DNA from: a bacterium
GTDB taxonomy: Bacteria > Patescibacteriota > SICC01
DNA length: 64,000 nt
Assembly (NCBI GenBank): GCA_030699935.1
Contig: JAUYKS010000002.1
Span: forward strand, 65,018 to 129,017
Direction: 5' to 3'
Shown here: positions 54,948 to 64,000 of the stretch, in pieces
How the letters are laid out: every line of letters starts with the position of its first letter
Position numbering within the stretch: the first letter of the stretch is position 1
The notes under the pieces: model-generated
The model's database searches: none
The model's input: only the letters and a program-made list of their open reading frames with translations
What the model was told of the DNA's origin: nothing
Translations under genes and position numbers: made by a program

Positions 54948-55691
54948 TCAGCCACCGACCAGTTCCGGCTCGATATCCGCGTTGGTCGAGACGTCCGACA
55001 CGTCGTCGAGCGATTCCAAATCGTTCACCAGCGCCACGATGGATTCCGCGGTCTTCCGGTCGTTGACCGGCACTTCCGACTTCGGGACCTTCGCCAGCTC
55101 CGCGCCCTGCACGGGGAAGCCGGCGGCAGTCAGGGCGTCGCGGACCTTCGCCAGGTCCTGCCGGCCGGTCTCGACTTCGTACGCGCCGTCGCCAGCGTCG
55201 ACGTCGGTGGCTCCCGCATCGGCCGCGGCCAAGGTCAGTTCGTCCTCGTCGGCGTCCGCGCCGACCTTGAGGATTCCTTTCTCGTCGAAGAGGTAGGCCA
55301 CCGATCCCGACTCGCCCAGCGATCCGCCCCGTTTGGTGACGGCGGCGCGGACGTCCGAGACGGTCCGGTTCTTGTTGTCGGTCAGGCAATCCACCAGCAG
55401 CGCCACGCCGCCGGGACCGTATGCTTCGTAAGTGACCGATTCGGGAGGCCGCTGGCCGGCCAGTTCGCCGGTGCCGCGCTTGATCGCCCGCTCGACGTTG
55501 GCGTTCGGCATGTTCTCCGCGCGGGCCTGGTCGATCGCCATCCGGAGCTGGACGTTCATGCCGGGGTCGCCGCCGCCTTCGCGCGCCGCGATGGAAATCA
55601 GGTTCGCCAACCGCGTGAATACGGCCCCGCGCTTCGCGTCGGCCGCACCCTTTTTCCGCTTAATGGTGCTCCATTTACTGTGTCCGGACAT
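54948..55691 (-). CDS. yebC: YebC/PmpR family DNA-binding regulator
   Basis: MSGHSKWSTIKRKKGAADAKRG…. The upstream extension is rejected. Confidence 0.85.
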   Translation of the reverse strand: MSGHSKWSTIKRKKGAADAKRGAVFTRLANLISIAAREGGGDPGMNVQLRMAIDQARAENMPNANVERAIKRGTGELAGQRPPESVTYEAYGPGGVALLVDCLTDNKNRTVSDVRAAVTKRGGSLGESGSVAYLFDEKGILKVGADADEDELTLAAADAGATDVDAGDGAYEVETGRQDLAKVRDALTAAGFPVQGAELAKVPKSEVPVNDRKTAESIVALVNDLESLDDVSDVSTNADIEPELVGG

Positions 55692-55765
55692 ATCGAATCC
55701 ATTGTACCGCAGGTCTGAGCCTCGCCAGCCGGCGCCAGCGCGACGACGGACCCGCACGCCGCACA

Positions 55766-55823
55766 TTGACATTTACGCCAAATAATGTTATGGTTGTCTA
55801 ATTTTGCAACACAAATACCACGC
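55766..55823 (+). promoter_or_regulatory. Conserved promoter block, copy D: TTGACA-N17-TATGGT + tgtctaattttgcaac leader upstream of pilN
   Basis: Same architecture as copies A, B and C. Confidence 0.5.
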
Positions 55824-56429
55824 ATGTACTCGCACACGTTAAACCTACTTCCGCGCAAAGAGCAGCGGCGCCGCCGGACCGACCTGCTCAACTACTACAC
55901 GCTCGTCGCGGGCATCGTGACCGTGACCGGCGCCCTGGTGATGGCCGGACTCCTGCTGGTGTTCGACCAAATCTACAAGGTCAATCTTGACGATCTCCAG
56001 GCCGACAAGCAGCTAGTGGAAAGCCAGGCCGTGGCGTACCTGGACATCGAGAAGGAAGCGAAAGGCCTGGAAGTCCAACTGGACAACCTCCGCCAGGCCG
56101 AAGGGCAGACGACGCGGTGGGCGGCCTTGGTCTCGGCGCTCCGCACCATGACGCCGGAGGGCGTGTCGATCAAGACGGTCGCGTTCATCGGCAAGGATGC
56201 CGCCGGCCAAGGGGCCGTCGACAACCAGAGCCAAAACCAAAATAACCAGAGCCAGATCACCGGCGTCACGACGAGCCGCCGTGCACTCGGCCAGTTCCAG
56301 CTGGCGTTGTCCGAATCGGCGTTCCTCAAGGAATCCCAGATCCTGAACACCACCCGGGAGGGCAAGGTCATCCAATACACCATGTCGATCGAAATCGACC
56401 AATCCGAGCTGGAGGCGTCGCAATCATGA
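55824..56429 (+). CDS. pilN: Type IV pilus assembly protein PilN
   Basis: …LNLLPRKEQRRRRTD… PilN signature, then a TM helix and coiled coil. The MLWLSNF… extension is rejected. Confidence 0.7.
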   Translation: MYSHTLNLLPRKEQRRRRTDLLNYYTLVAGIVTVTGALVMAGLLLVFDQIYKVNLDDLQADKQLVESQAVAYLDIEKEAKGLEVQLDNLRQAEGQTTRWAALVSALRTMTPEGVSIKTVAFIGKDAAGQGAVDNQSQNQNNQSQITGVTTSRRALGQFQLALSESAFLKESQILNTTREGKVIQYTMSIEIDQSELEASQS

Positions 56430-57058
56430 ACGTCGACCTCACCAATCTCCGGATCAAGCCGGAGCAGCGGTTCTACTACCTGATCGCCGGGAACGTGGTC
56501 ATCCTGGCCCTGATCGGAATCTTCGTGCTGCGTCCGGTGATGGGACTGCTCAACAAGCACGCCGACCAGATGACGGCGATGAAGGCGGACATCGCCACCG
56601 CCCAGCAGAAGATGGATACCTTGCGCAAGCTGAAGGCATCGCTGCCGGCGACCAAGGCGGTGTACGCGCCGGTGATCAGGAACGCGCCGAAACACAAGGA
56701 CATCGCCGGATACCAGACCGAGCTCGAGGACCTGGCGGCGTTGACCCGGGTCGACCTCATCACGGTCGATACCAGCGGCGCAGCCAAGGGTCAGAGCCCG
56801 GCCGCGGCCCAGACCGACCTGACGGTCGGCGGTTTCCCGGCCTTCCCGGTCAGCATCGACGTCTCCGGCAGTTACGCGAACACTTTGGACTTCGTGAACC
56901 GGCTCGAGACCATGGACCGGTTCACGCGGGTCGTCGCCCTGAGTTTTGTCCAGGCCGACACCTCCGGCGAGGTCAAGCTGACGATCACCGCGCAGTCGTT
57001 GTACTTCGGCGGCGCGGACACGACGAGTAAGACTGGTAAGGCGGGGAAGGCATCATGA
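56426..57058 (+). CDS. pilO: Type IV pilus assembly protein PilO
   Basis: N-terminal TM helix, coiled coil, PilO-like C-terminal domain; ATGA coupling to pilN. Confidence 0.65.
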   Translation: MNVDLTNLRIKPEQRFYYLIAGNVVILALIGIFVLRPVMGLLNKHADQMTAMKADIATAQQKMDTLRKLKASLPATKAVYAPVIRNAPKHKDIAGYQTELEDLAALTRVDLITVDTSGAAKGQSPAAAQTDLTVGGFPAFPVSIDVSGSYANTLDFVNRLETMDRFTRVVALSFVQADTSGEVKLTITAQSLYFGGADTTSKTGKAGKAS

Positions 57059-58221
57059 GATACCTGCGCTACCCGCGTCCGCGAAAAATCCTCGGTTCGA
57101 TCCGGCGGTTTGTCTTCCGGGCCGATCATGCCCTGATGGCGCTGGTCGGCAAAGCGGATGAAGGGGTCGTCGGTTTCGTGGAATGGGTCGAGCACGGCAT
57201 CGGCCGGATGACCCGGGCGGTCGTTGCCGCGGAACGTTTGGGGGCGCGGAAGGTCGTCGCGGCCCTCCGCATCGCGATCAGCCCCGTGCTGTACCTCGTC
57301 CGGACGGTGGTCGCACAACTGGTGTTCGAGGTCGCCGCGGTATGCGGAGGCGTCTTCCGCGCCCCGGGCCGTCTTGGCCGGTCCGCCGAAGCCCTCGTCG
57401 CCTACTGGACGGCGGGCGTGTGGCGCTTCTTCGGACGGATCACGCTCTGGGTGAGCGCTCCGATCCGCAAACGCGTCGCCAACCGCGCGAAGCGGCAAGC
57501 GCTCGACGCGGTCACTATGACCCCGGACCATAAGTCGCATCGCGAATTGCTGGCGTTGCTCGTTGTCGCCGCCGTCCTGATCGCCGGCGCGGCCGTACTG
57601 TTCGGAGGCGACCTGCTGTCCAGTAACGTCCTTTCCGGCATCTTCCAGCTGGAGCGTTTGGCCGGATTGCCGTCAGCGGCGTGGCACTGGGCCGTCACCC
57701 TCTCTCCGATCAAGCTGACGGTGATGTTCGCCGCCGCCGCGCTGACCGCCGCCACGATCGTCTTCTGGTTCCGGATGTTGCGCGACAGCTACCGCCGCGA
57801 ATATCCGACCGCGGTCGAGCAGACCCAATGGCGTCTCGTCACGACACTGTTGTTCATCCCGGGCGCGGTGCTGTACTTCTTCAAGCAATACAACCGACTC
57901 ACCGTACGGAAGTTCGCGGCCCGTCACGTCGTCTCCCTGATGGTCAGCGGCGTCACCGTGCTGGTGGCCACCTCGACCTATGGCACGCTTTGGTACTTCA
58001 ACCAGCAGGCCGCGGCGGAAGTGGCCGGTGCCGGTTACCAGGCTCCGGTAATCCGGCTTGATCCGAACGATCGCCGCCAGATCCTTTCCCGCGACCAATA
58101 TGGCCAGCCGCTAAAGCCGGCCACGACCAGCCGCCGCGACCCGTTCGCGCCGATCCCCGGCGAAACGACGGAGGCAGCGCCGAGTCCGTCACCGAGTCCG
58201 ACGTCGGCGCCGCAGCCCTGA
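57055..58221 (+). CDS. Hypothetical polytopic membrane protein with P/S/T-rich C-terminus, co-operonic with pilNO
   Basis: ATGA overlap with pilO; multiple TM helices. Confidence 0.45.
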   Translation: MRYLRYPRPRKILGSIRRFVFRADHALMALVGKADEGVVGFVEWVEHGIGRMTRAVVAAERLGARKVVAALRIAISPVLYLVRTVVAQLVFEVAAVCGGVFRAPGRLGRSAEALVAYWTAGVWRFFGRITLWVSAPIRKRVANRAKRQALDAVTMTPDHKSHRELLALLVVAAVLIAGAAVLFGGDLLSSNVLSGIFQLERLAGLPSAAWHWAVTLSPIKLTVMFAAAALTAATIVFWFRMLRDSYRREYPTAVEQTQWRLVTTLLFIPGAVLYFFKQYNRLTVRKFAARHVVSLMVSGVTVLVATSTYGTLWYFNQQAAAEVAGAGYQAPVIRLDPNDRRQILSRDQYGQPLKPATTSRRDPFAPIPGETTEAAPSPSPSPTSAPQP

Positions 58222-58236
58222 TCCGACCGCCGCGAC

Positions 58237-58803
58237 TCAGTTGTCGTAGAAATCGCCCGGATCGACGTTGGTCCGGGTCTTCCCGGCCGTGACGGCGATC
58301 GTGATCGGGGAGTGGTCGGTGCACTCGGCGTGGTATCCGCACACCACGAAGGCGGAGTAGAAGGCCTGGTATCCGGGATCGAACGAGGGCACCACCGCGT
58401 AAACCTGGTACTTGCCCGGCGAGACGGCCAGCCGATAGCCGCGGCCGCTCTTGAACCGCCAATGCCGGATTACTTTCTTGGTGCAAACCTCGCGCGAGGT
58501 GGCAAGGTTCGCCGCGCAAACTCGTATGTCACCCGGAATCCCCTCGCCGGGGTAGACCAAGGAACCTTCGATCGATCCCTTGCCGCGGGAAGCTCCTGAG
58601 CTTCCGGAATCACGTGAGTTTGTCCGTCCGGCCGTCCCGGACTTTTTCGCCGTTCCGGAAGATTTGGCGGCGGGTTTCGCGGAGACGGTCGGACTAGGGG
58701 AGGGGCGCTCCTTCGGTCCGTCCTGCGACCGTCCGACCGCTACCAGGCCGGCCGCTCCGACGACCGCTACTGCAATGACGACAAGGATGATTCGTTTTTT
58801 CAT
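58237..58803 (-). CDS. Hypothetical secreted protein (signal peptide, S/G/K-rich linker, 4 Cys)
   Basis: ORF with N-terminal signal peptide. Confidence 0.5.
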   Translation of the reverse strand: MKKRIILVVIAVAVVGAAGLVAVGRSQDGPKERPSPSPTVSAKPAAKSSGTAKKSGTAGRTNSRDSGSSGASRGKGSIEGSLVYPGEGIPGDIRVCAANLATSREVCTKKVIRHWRFKSGRGYRLAVSPGKYQVYAVVPSFDPGYQAFYSAFVVCGYHAECTDHSPITIAVTAGKTRTNVDPGDFYDN

Positions 58804-58918
58804 CTGTACTTCTTAATAGTTGCTTTCTTATCCACAGGATATCCTAATCACAACTAGCAGTCAAGCATATATACTGAATCCGGTTCCTTAATAACGAGGT
58901 CCACGACTCCACCAGGAG

Positions 58919-60292
58919 GTGGTACGCATGATCGGAGCATTCTTCCGCTTCATACTCTGGATCGTGATTTGGATGGTGGGCTTGGCCGTGCTGTTCACGC
59001 TGTTGGTCAGCGACGCCCATGCCCAGCCAACTACATACCTGCCCTGGGATTACGGCAGGACCTACCGTGTCACGCAAGGTAACGGCGGCGGGTGGTCTCA
59101 TTACGACCGCTACAACCGGTACGGGTGGGACTTCGCCATTCCGGCCGGGACGCCCGTCCGATCGTCCGCGCCGGGAACGGTGCGGCGGGCCGGGTGGGAC
59201 GGAGGCTGGGGCATCGCCGTAGTGGTGTGCTATGCCGACGGCACCTGTTCGCGGTACGCACACCTGTCCGCGGAGTACGTTTCCGCGGGACAGCGGGTCG
59301 GGCAAGCGGCGCCGCTGGGGAGGGTCGGTTCGACCGGCAACTCCACGGGGGCGCACCTGCACTACCAGCTGGACAACGGTTGGGGCATCAGCCTGCCCTC
59401 GCGGTTCACCGAGGCCGGCGTGCCGTATGCCGGCCAAGCGGTGACCAGCCGCAACCGCCCGGCTCCGCCGGTCCCGCAGTACCCGACGTTCTCATCGATC
59501 GACGTACATTCGTCGAACGTCCTGAGCGTCCGGGCGGGCGGGGAAGTCACCGCGGTGGTGACGGCTCGCTACGAGGGTCCCTGGCGGATTCCGTGCGGGG
59601 ACTCCAATCTGGCGGTCCGGGGCGACTCACCGGCCCGCTTCGCGGACTACCGCGCGGGGTGGTGGCCGGGCTCGACCTGGCGCCGCCCGAGCCGGGTGGC
59701 GGCGGTTAATTGCACCGGCTATCTGGATCCCGGCGACAAGGCGCGTTGGGACCTCCAGTTCTACGTGCCGCCGGACACGGTGGACGGTACCTACCTGACC
59801 GGCATCTACGCGCCGGTTTACGAAGGCAAGGCCTGGTCGCCGTACAAGATCCCGATCTCGCTCCAGGTATCCGGAGCGTATCGGGCGGAAAGGACCGGCC
59901 AGACCTATGTGCGCGAGCCGCTCGTCGCGGGCGGTACCGCGGAAGTATCGGTCACGTTCCAGAACACGGGATGGGCCACCTGGTATGCGCACGGACGATA
60001 TGCGGTCCATCTCCGGACGATCCGGCCCGTGGACCGCCACAGCGCGTTCCTCGACCTCGAGGATCCGCGGACGCTGGGTGACGGCATCGCCGTCGCCTTG
60101 CCAAAAGATGTTCCGCCGGGCGATACGGTAACCGTAACGTTGCCGATCAAAGTCGCCGGCACGGTCAAGCCCGGAACGTACCGCGAGTACTTCCGTCTGC
60201 TGGCCGAGCACAAAGCGTGGCTGGGAACTGAGGGGCTCTATTGGCCGTTTACGGTCAAATCCCCGACAGTCACATACCAACCGGCCGAGTAG
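58919..60292 (+). CDS. M23/LytM-family metallopeptidase with N-terminal TM anchor and 2x C-terminal ~110-aa repeats shared with the S8/SpoIID protein
   Basis: …YGWDFAIPAGTPV…HYQLD… with the HxH motif (GAHLHYQL). The repeats end …GTYREYFRLLAEHKAWL…. Confidence 0.8.
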   Translation: MVRMIGAFFRFILWIVIWMVGLAVLFTLLVSDAHAQPTTYLPWDYGRTYRVTQGNGGGWSHYDRYNRYGWDFAIPAGTPVRSSAPGTVRRAGWDGGWGIAVVVCYADGTCSRYAHLSAEYVSAGQRVGQAAPLGRVGSTGNSTGAHLHYQLDNGWGISLPSRFTEAGVPYAGQAVTSRNRPAPPVPQYPTFSSIDVHSSNVLSVRAGGEVTAVVTARYEGPWRIPCGDSNLAVRGDSPARFADYRAGWWPGSTWRRPSRVAAVNCTGYLDPGDKARWDLQFYVPPDTVDGTYLTGIYAPVYEGKAWSPYKIPISLQVSGAYRAERTGQTYVREPLVAGGTAEVSVTFQNTGWATWYAHGRYAVHLRTIRPVDRHSAFLDLEDPRTLGDGIAVALPKDVPPGDTVTVTLPIKVAGTVKPGTYREYFRLLAEHKAWLGTEGLYWPFTVKSPTVTYQPAE

Positions 60293-60327
60293 CGGTCGGC
60301 CACATATAACGAGCGAGGACCGCGCGG

Positions 60328-61608
60328 TTGGGGATGATTACGAATTCGATGCCGAGGCATCGTCTGTCAATCATCCTCAGCCGCGCCCCTCGCTCTTTTT
60401 TCATTGGTACAATAACCCTTGTGAAAGAAGCGCTCCGGAACATCTGGCGCCGCAAGGCCCGCTCCGCCCTGACCATCTTCGGGGTCGGGATCGGGATCTT
60501 CGCGCTGGTCACGATGGGGGCGCTGTCCCAAAGCCTGAACAAGTCGATCCAGGTCGGCATCGACTATTTCAGCAGCCGGATCCTCGTCACCAAGGCCAGC
60601 GGCGGCTTCGGCGGCCCGTTCGCGATCGGTCCGCAGTTGCCATCCAGCGTCACGGACCGGATCAAGGTGATCGACGGGGTCGACCGCGCTTACCCGACGC
60701 TCTCGTTGACGGCCAAGGAAGACAGCGAGCTCTCGTTCACCTCGTCGCCGGAAACGATCCAAGGCGCGCCGCCGACCGAGGTCGCCAAGGACGAGTTCAA
60801 GCTGGAGCTCAGCGAAGGCCGCGAGTTGAAGGCCGGCGATACCGGCAAGACCGTGATCGGCTCGAACATCGTCCAAAAGGAGAAACTCGGCGTTGGCGAC
60901 ACGGTGAAGCTGCGCGGCAAGAAGTTCAAGGTGGTCGGCGTCCTGAGGCGGACGACGGCCGACCCGGATTCGTTCTATCTGGTGACGCTCGACGATGCAC
61001 TGGAGCTGTCGCGGCGTCTCTCGCGGCTCTCGGCCGGCGGCACCGGAACCGTCGGCGCCGGCACCGAGGAGCTGGTGACGAACATCAATGTCTTTCCCGA
61101 GGAGGGCGTGGACTCGACCAAGCTGACCAAAAGGATCGAGTCGACGATCAGCGGCGTGGACGGCACCCCGCCGGAACAACTGAAGAAGACGCTGGAAGAC
61201 GCCTCGGCGGTGTTCAACCTGATCGTCCTCGGCAGCGCCCTGATCGCGGTGCTGGTCGGCAGCCTTTCCGTGATCAACACGATGATCATGAGCGTGACCG
61301 AACGGCGCAAGGAAATCGGTGTGAAACGGGTGGTCGGCGCGCGGGCGCGGCACATCCTCCGCGAGACCGTCGTCGAGACCGGGCTGATCGGACTGATCGG
61401 CGGCGTGATCGGGTTCCTCGGCAGCGCGGGGCTGGTCTCGATCGTCAACGCGATTACCAAGCAGAGCGGCCTGGAATTGTTCCTGCTGACGCCGAAGCTG
61501 GCCGTCGTGGCGATCGGCTTCGCGGTGGGGCTCGGCGTGTTGGCCGGCATCTACCCGGCCTGGCGGGCGACCCGGATCAAGCCGGTTAACGTGTTGCGGG
61601 AGGAATGA
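60328..61608 (+). CDS. ABC transporter permease (MacB/FtsX family)
   Basis: N-terminal TM helix, large periplasmic domain, C-terminal 3-TM FtsX domain; the exact start is uncertain. Confidence 0.8.
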   Translation: MGMITNSMPRHRLSIILSRAPRSFFIGTITLVKEALRNIWRRKARSALTIFGVGIGIFALVTMGALSQSLNKSIQVGIDYFSSRILVTKASGGFGGPFAIGPQLPSSVTDRIKVIDGVDRAYPTLSLTAKEDSELSFTSSPETIQGAPPTEVAKDEFKLELSEGRELKAGDTGKTVIGSNIVQKEKLGVGDTVKLRGKKFKVVGVLRRTTADPDSFYLVTLDDALELSRRLSRLSAGGTGTVGAGTEELVTNINVFPEEGVDSTKLTKRIESTISGVDGTPPEQLKKTLEDASAVFNLIVLGSALIAVLVGSLSVINTMIMSVTERRKEIGVKRVVGARARHILRETVVETGLIGLIGGVIGFLGSAGLVSIVNAITKQSGLELFLLTPKLAVVAIGFAVGLGVLAGIYPAWRATRIKPVNVLREE

Positions 61609-62468
61609 TGGCGCTCGGGAAGAGATTGCGGCGGACCTTGCGTCGGCGGCCAAAGAAATCGGACGGACGGATGAAGGGCAAGCTCTTCACCAAGCAGGAC
61701 GTGAAGGACCTGCCGCCGATGGTCGAGGTCACCGGCCTGCATCGGACGTATGAGGGCGCCGAGCCGGTGCGGGTACTTAAAGGCACCAGCCTCAAGGTTG
61801 AGCGCGGCGAGATGGTCGCGTTGATGGGACCGTCCGGTTCCGGCAAGACGACGCTGCTCAACGTGATCGGCCTGCTGGATACGCCGGATTCCGGGACGGT
61901 GAAGTTCGCCGGGGTCGACGTCACCGAGCTAAAGCGGCGGAAGGTGCCGCTGTTCCGGCAGAACGAGGTAGGCATGATCTTCCAGCAGAAGAACCTGATC
62001 CAGTCGCTGACCGCGTTCGAGAACGTCTACCTGCCGTTCCGATACGCCCGTGGGGCGCGGCGCAAGCAGGGCCGCGAGCAGGCGCGCGAGGCGCTGCGGC
62101 TGGTCGGGATGCTGGAGCGGGAGAACCATCTGCCGAACCAGTTGTCCGGCGGCGAGCAGCAACGGGTGGCGGTGGCGCGGGCGTTGGTACTGTCACCGGC
62201 GGTGGTACTGGCCGACGAGCCGACCGGCGAACTCGACCGGAAGACGTCGGACCAGGTGGTGGACCTGATCCGGGAGCTCAACAAGCAGACCGGCCAGACG
62301 TTCATTATCGTGACGCATGACCGTTCGGTGGCGGAGCGCGCCGACCGGATCCTGACGATGGACGACGGCAAGGTGGTGCCGGAAAAGGGTGGGAGCGGGC
62401 GGAAGCGTCCGACGGCGAAGCGGCCCGCCACGAAGCCGGGTAATCAGCCGCGCAAGAGGAAGGCCTGA
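61605..62468 (+). CDS. ABC transporter ATP-binding protein (MacB/LolD-like)
   Basis: Walker A GPSGSGKTT, signature LSGGEQQRVAVARAL, Walker B; ATGA overlap with the permease. Confidence 0.85.
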   Translation: MMALGKRLRRTLRRRPKKSDGRMKGKLFTKQDVKDLPPMVEVTGLHRTYEGAEPVRVLKGTSLKVERGEMVALMGPSGSGKTTLLNVIGLLDTPDSGTVKFAGVDVTELKRRKVPLFRQNEVGMIFQQKNLIQSLTAFENVYLPFRYARGARRKQGREQAREALRLVGMLERENHLPNQLSGGEQQRVAVARALVLSPAVVLADEPTGELDRKTSDQVVDLIRELNKQTGQTFIIVTHDRSVAERADRILTMDDGKVVPEKGGSGRKRPTAKRPATKPGNQPRKRKA

Positions 62469-62677
62469 TGTTTGGCTATTCGCTCCCGCTCCTCTTCGGC
62501 CGGCTATTCGGCGTCGCGCTGTTCGTGCTCGGGCTGATCTTCCTGAAGCGGTTCCGCCGCGACGACGATCCCAAGGCTGTGTTGAAGTCGTGCCTGAAGA
62601 GCCCGTGGGTGTGGTTCTTCATGGTGCTGGCCTGGGTCGCGTTCGGGTTCGAGATTGTCTATCTGGCGAACCGCTAG
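62468..62677 (+). CDS. Small two-TM membrane protein translationally coupled (TGATG) to the ABC ATPase
   Basis: 69-aa ORF. Confidence 0.4.
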   Translation: MFGYSLPLLFGRLFGVALFVLGLIFLKRFRRDDDPKAVLKSCLKSPWVWFFMVLAWVAFGFEIVYLANR

Positions 62678-62740
62678 GATCGTTAGGGTCGTTGGGGTTC
62701 GGGCCTGTCTCTCTCCGGCGGCTTTTCCTATATCTTTTTC

Positions 62741-62816
62741 GTTACTTCCGAGAATCTGCAAAACATCTGCAAAACATTGGAGATGTTTGGAAGTAACAAA
62801 AAAAGGATATGTTTGG
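62741..62816 (+). promoter_or_regulatory. Operator-like repeat array/nested hairpin upstream of murD (4x ATGTTTGG-type half-sites in inverted arrangement)
   Basis: ctgcaaaacat tandem x2 (62756-62777) facing gagATGTTTGG (62781-62790) and atATGTTTGG (62807-62816). Outer stem gttacttcc/ggaagtaac. AT-rich. Confidence 0.4.
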
Positions 62817-62838
62817 TCCCTGAGGGTAACCTAAGGAC

Positions 62839-64000
62839 ATGCATAAACGGCACAGGGCACCAAAACGTTACACGGAGTTGAAGGGCCTCCAGGTCGCGGT
62901 ACTCGGAGCAGGGGTCGAAGGCACCTCCTCCGCCAAATGGCTGCTGCGGCAGGGGGCGGAGGTGACGATGTGCGACCGTCGGGACCGGAAGACGCTGGCG
63001 CCGGTCATCAAGGAGCTGCCCGCCGTCACTTGGCGGCTCGGCCCGAGTCACGCCGAACGGCTTGCGAACTTTGATCTGGTGGTCCGCACCCAGAGCCGTC
63101 CGTACCTCAGCCCGCAGATCCAGCGGGCGCTGCGGGCCGGGGTCCAAGTCACCTCGATGACCAAGCTGTTCTTCGAGCGGAACCCCGCGCGGACGATCGG
63201 CGTCACCGGCACCAAAGGGAAGGGCACGACCAGTTCGCTGATCGCGAAGATGCTGCGGGCCGGCGGCAAGCGGGTCTGGCTCGGCGGCAACATCGGCCAA
63301 TCGCCCTTGGACTTCCTGAGCCGCGTGCGGCCGACGGACGTCGTCGTACTCGAACTCTCCAGTTACCAGCTGCAGGATCTGAAGTGTTCGCCGGACGTGG
63401 CGGTCGTGACGAACGTCACCGCCGACCACCTCGATTACCACCGGAGCGTCCGGGAGTACCGTAGCGCCAAGCGGCCGCTGACCAAGTACCAGCGGCGGAC
63501 CGGCGTCGCGATCCTGAACGCCGACGATCCCAGCAGCCGGCCGTTCGCCAAGGACCCGGGGCGGGTCCGTTGGTTTTCGACGCGCCAACCCGCGGACGCC
63601 ACGCTTCGGGACGGTTGGCTGGTCGTCCGCGGCCGGCGGATCCTCCGGGCCGACGACCTCAAGCTGCCCGGCGAGCACAACCGGCAGAACGTCCTGGCGG
63701 CGGCGTTGGCGGCGACGGAGTTCGGCATAGGCCCGCGCCCGATCGCGAAGGCTGCCAAGGACTTCCGCGGCCAGCCGTACCACCTCGAATACCTGGGGAC
63801 CAAGCAGGGCGTCCGTTACTTCAACGACTCCTACGCCACCAACGAGACCGCCGCGATCCCGGCCGTCGCCAGCATCGATGCCCCGCTGGTGCTGATCGTC
63901 GGCGGACAGGGCAAGGGGCTCGCGTCCGACGAGCTGGCCAAGACGATCGCAGGAAAGGACGTCCGCGGTATCGTCGCCATCCCGCCCGAGGGGGCTGCCA
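62839..64000 (+). CDS. murD: UDP-N-acetylmuramoylalanine--D-glutamate ligase MurD (3'-truncated by window edge)
   Basis: …LKGLQVAVLGAGVEGTSSAKWLL… Rossmann fold and Mur ligase motif …IGVTGTKGKGTTSSL…. Not in the ORF track because no stop is reached. Start +/-1. Confidence 0.75.
   Translation, partial: MHKRHRAPKRYTELKGLQVAVLGAGVEGTSSAKWLLRQGAEVTMCDRRDRKTLAPVIKELPAVTWRLGPSHAERLANFDLVVRTQSRPYLSPQIQRALRAGVQVTSMTKLFFERNPARTIGVTGTKGKGTTSSLIAKMLRAGGKRVWLGGNIGQSPLDFLSRVRPTDVVVLELSSYQLQDLKCSPDVAVVTNVTADHLDYHRSVREYRSAKRPLTKYQRRTGVAILNADDPSSRPFAKDPGRVRWFSTRQPADATLRDGWLVVRGRRILRADDLKLPGEHNRQNVLAAALAATEFGIGPRPIAKAAKDFRGQPYHLEYLGTKQGVRYFNDSYATNETAAIPAVASIDAPLVLIVGGQGKGLASDELAKTIAGKDVRGIVAIPPEGAA

Noticed and set aside
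60367-61653. 428-aa minus-strand ORF
   Set aside because: Antisense to the ABC permease gene, which has clear FtsX/MacB topology.

Overview
High-GC (~65%) bacterial chromosomal segment, gene-dense, with a monoderm/Firmicutes-like (possibly Patescibacteria/CPR-like) character: BdbC/BdbD oxidoreductases, an HrcA/CIRCE-controlled hrcA-grpE-dnaK operon, RNase J, ComEC, type IV (pseudo)pilins, PilN/PilO, and no secretin. Recognisable genes: the 3' end of polA, mutM, holA, rpsT, nrnA-like DHH phosphoesterase, truB, rpsO, pnp, nfo, bdbC, a dsbA-like gene, family-4 UDG, rnj, lepA, hrcA-grpE-dnaK, a J-domain membrane protein, dnaJ, tRNA-Lys(UUU), a HAD hydrolase, a 1231-aa S8-protease/SpoIID fusion, ComEC split into two ORFs, ruvB-ruvA, three GT4 glycosyltransferases (one TreT-like), an IS1595-family IS in a low-GC islet with an orphan HslV/proteasome-like Ntn hydrolase, galT, yebC-ruvC, pilN-pilO, an M23 peptidase, a MacB-type ABC transporter, and the 5' end of murD. 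Features needing a second look: (1) a ~57-bp imperfect direct repeat duplicating the 5' end of a PHP-domain gene and bracketing an inserted AT-rich segment plus an acidic protein with a sigma-70 region-2-like domain, next to a 677-aa acidic protein with three tandem DnaA domain-IV-like HTH repeats; (2) a 45-50-bp promoter/leader block (TTGAC-N17-TATGGT-taagcaatttt) at four or more loci, one forming the outward end of the IS; (3) a minor-pilin operon ending in a 604-aa beta-helix-like pilus-associated protein; (4) a ~110-aa repeat module shared by the S8/SpoIID giant protein and the M23 peptidase; (5) an operator-like array of ATGTTTGG half-sites before murD. High GC creates many long antisense ORFs; these were rejected. 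Track coordinates are treated as authoritative; I noted a 1-nt offset between line labels and track near 25.9 kb.
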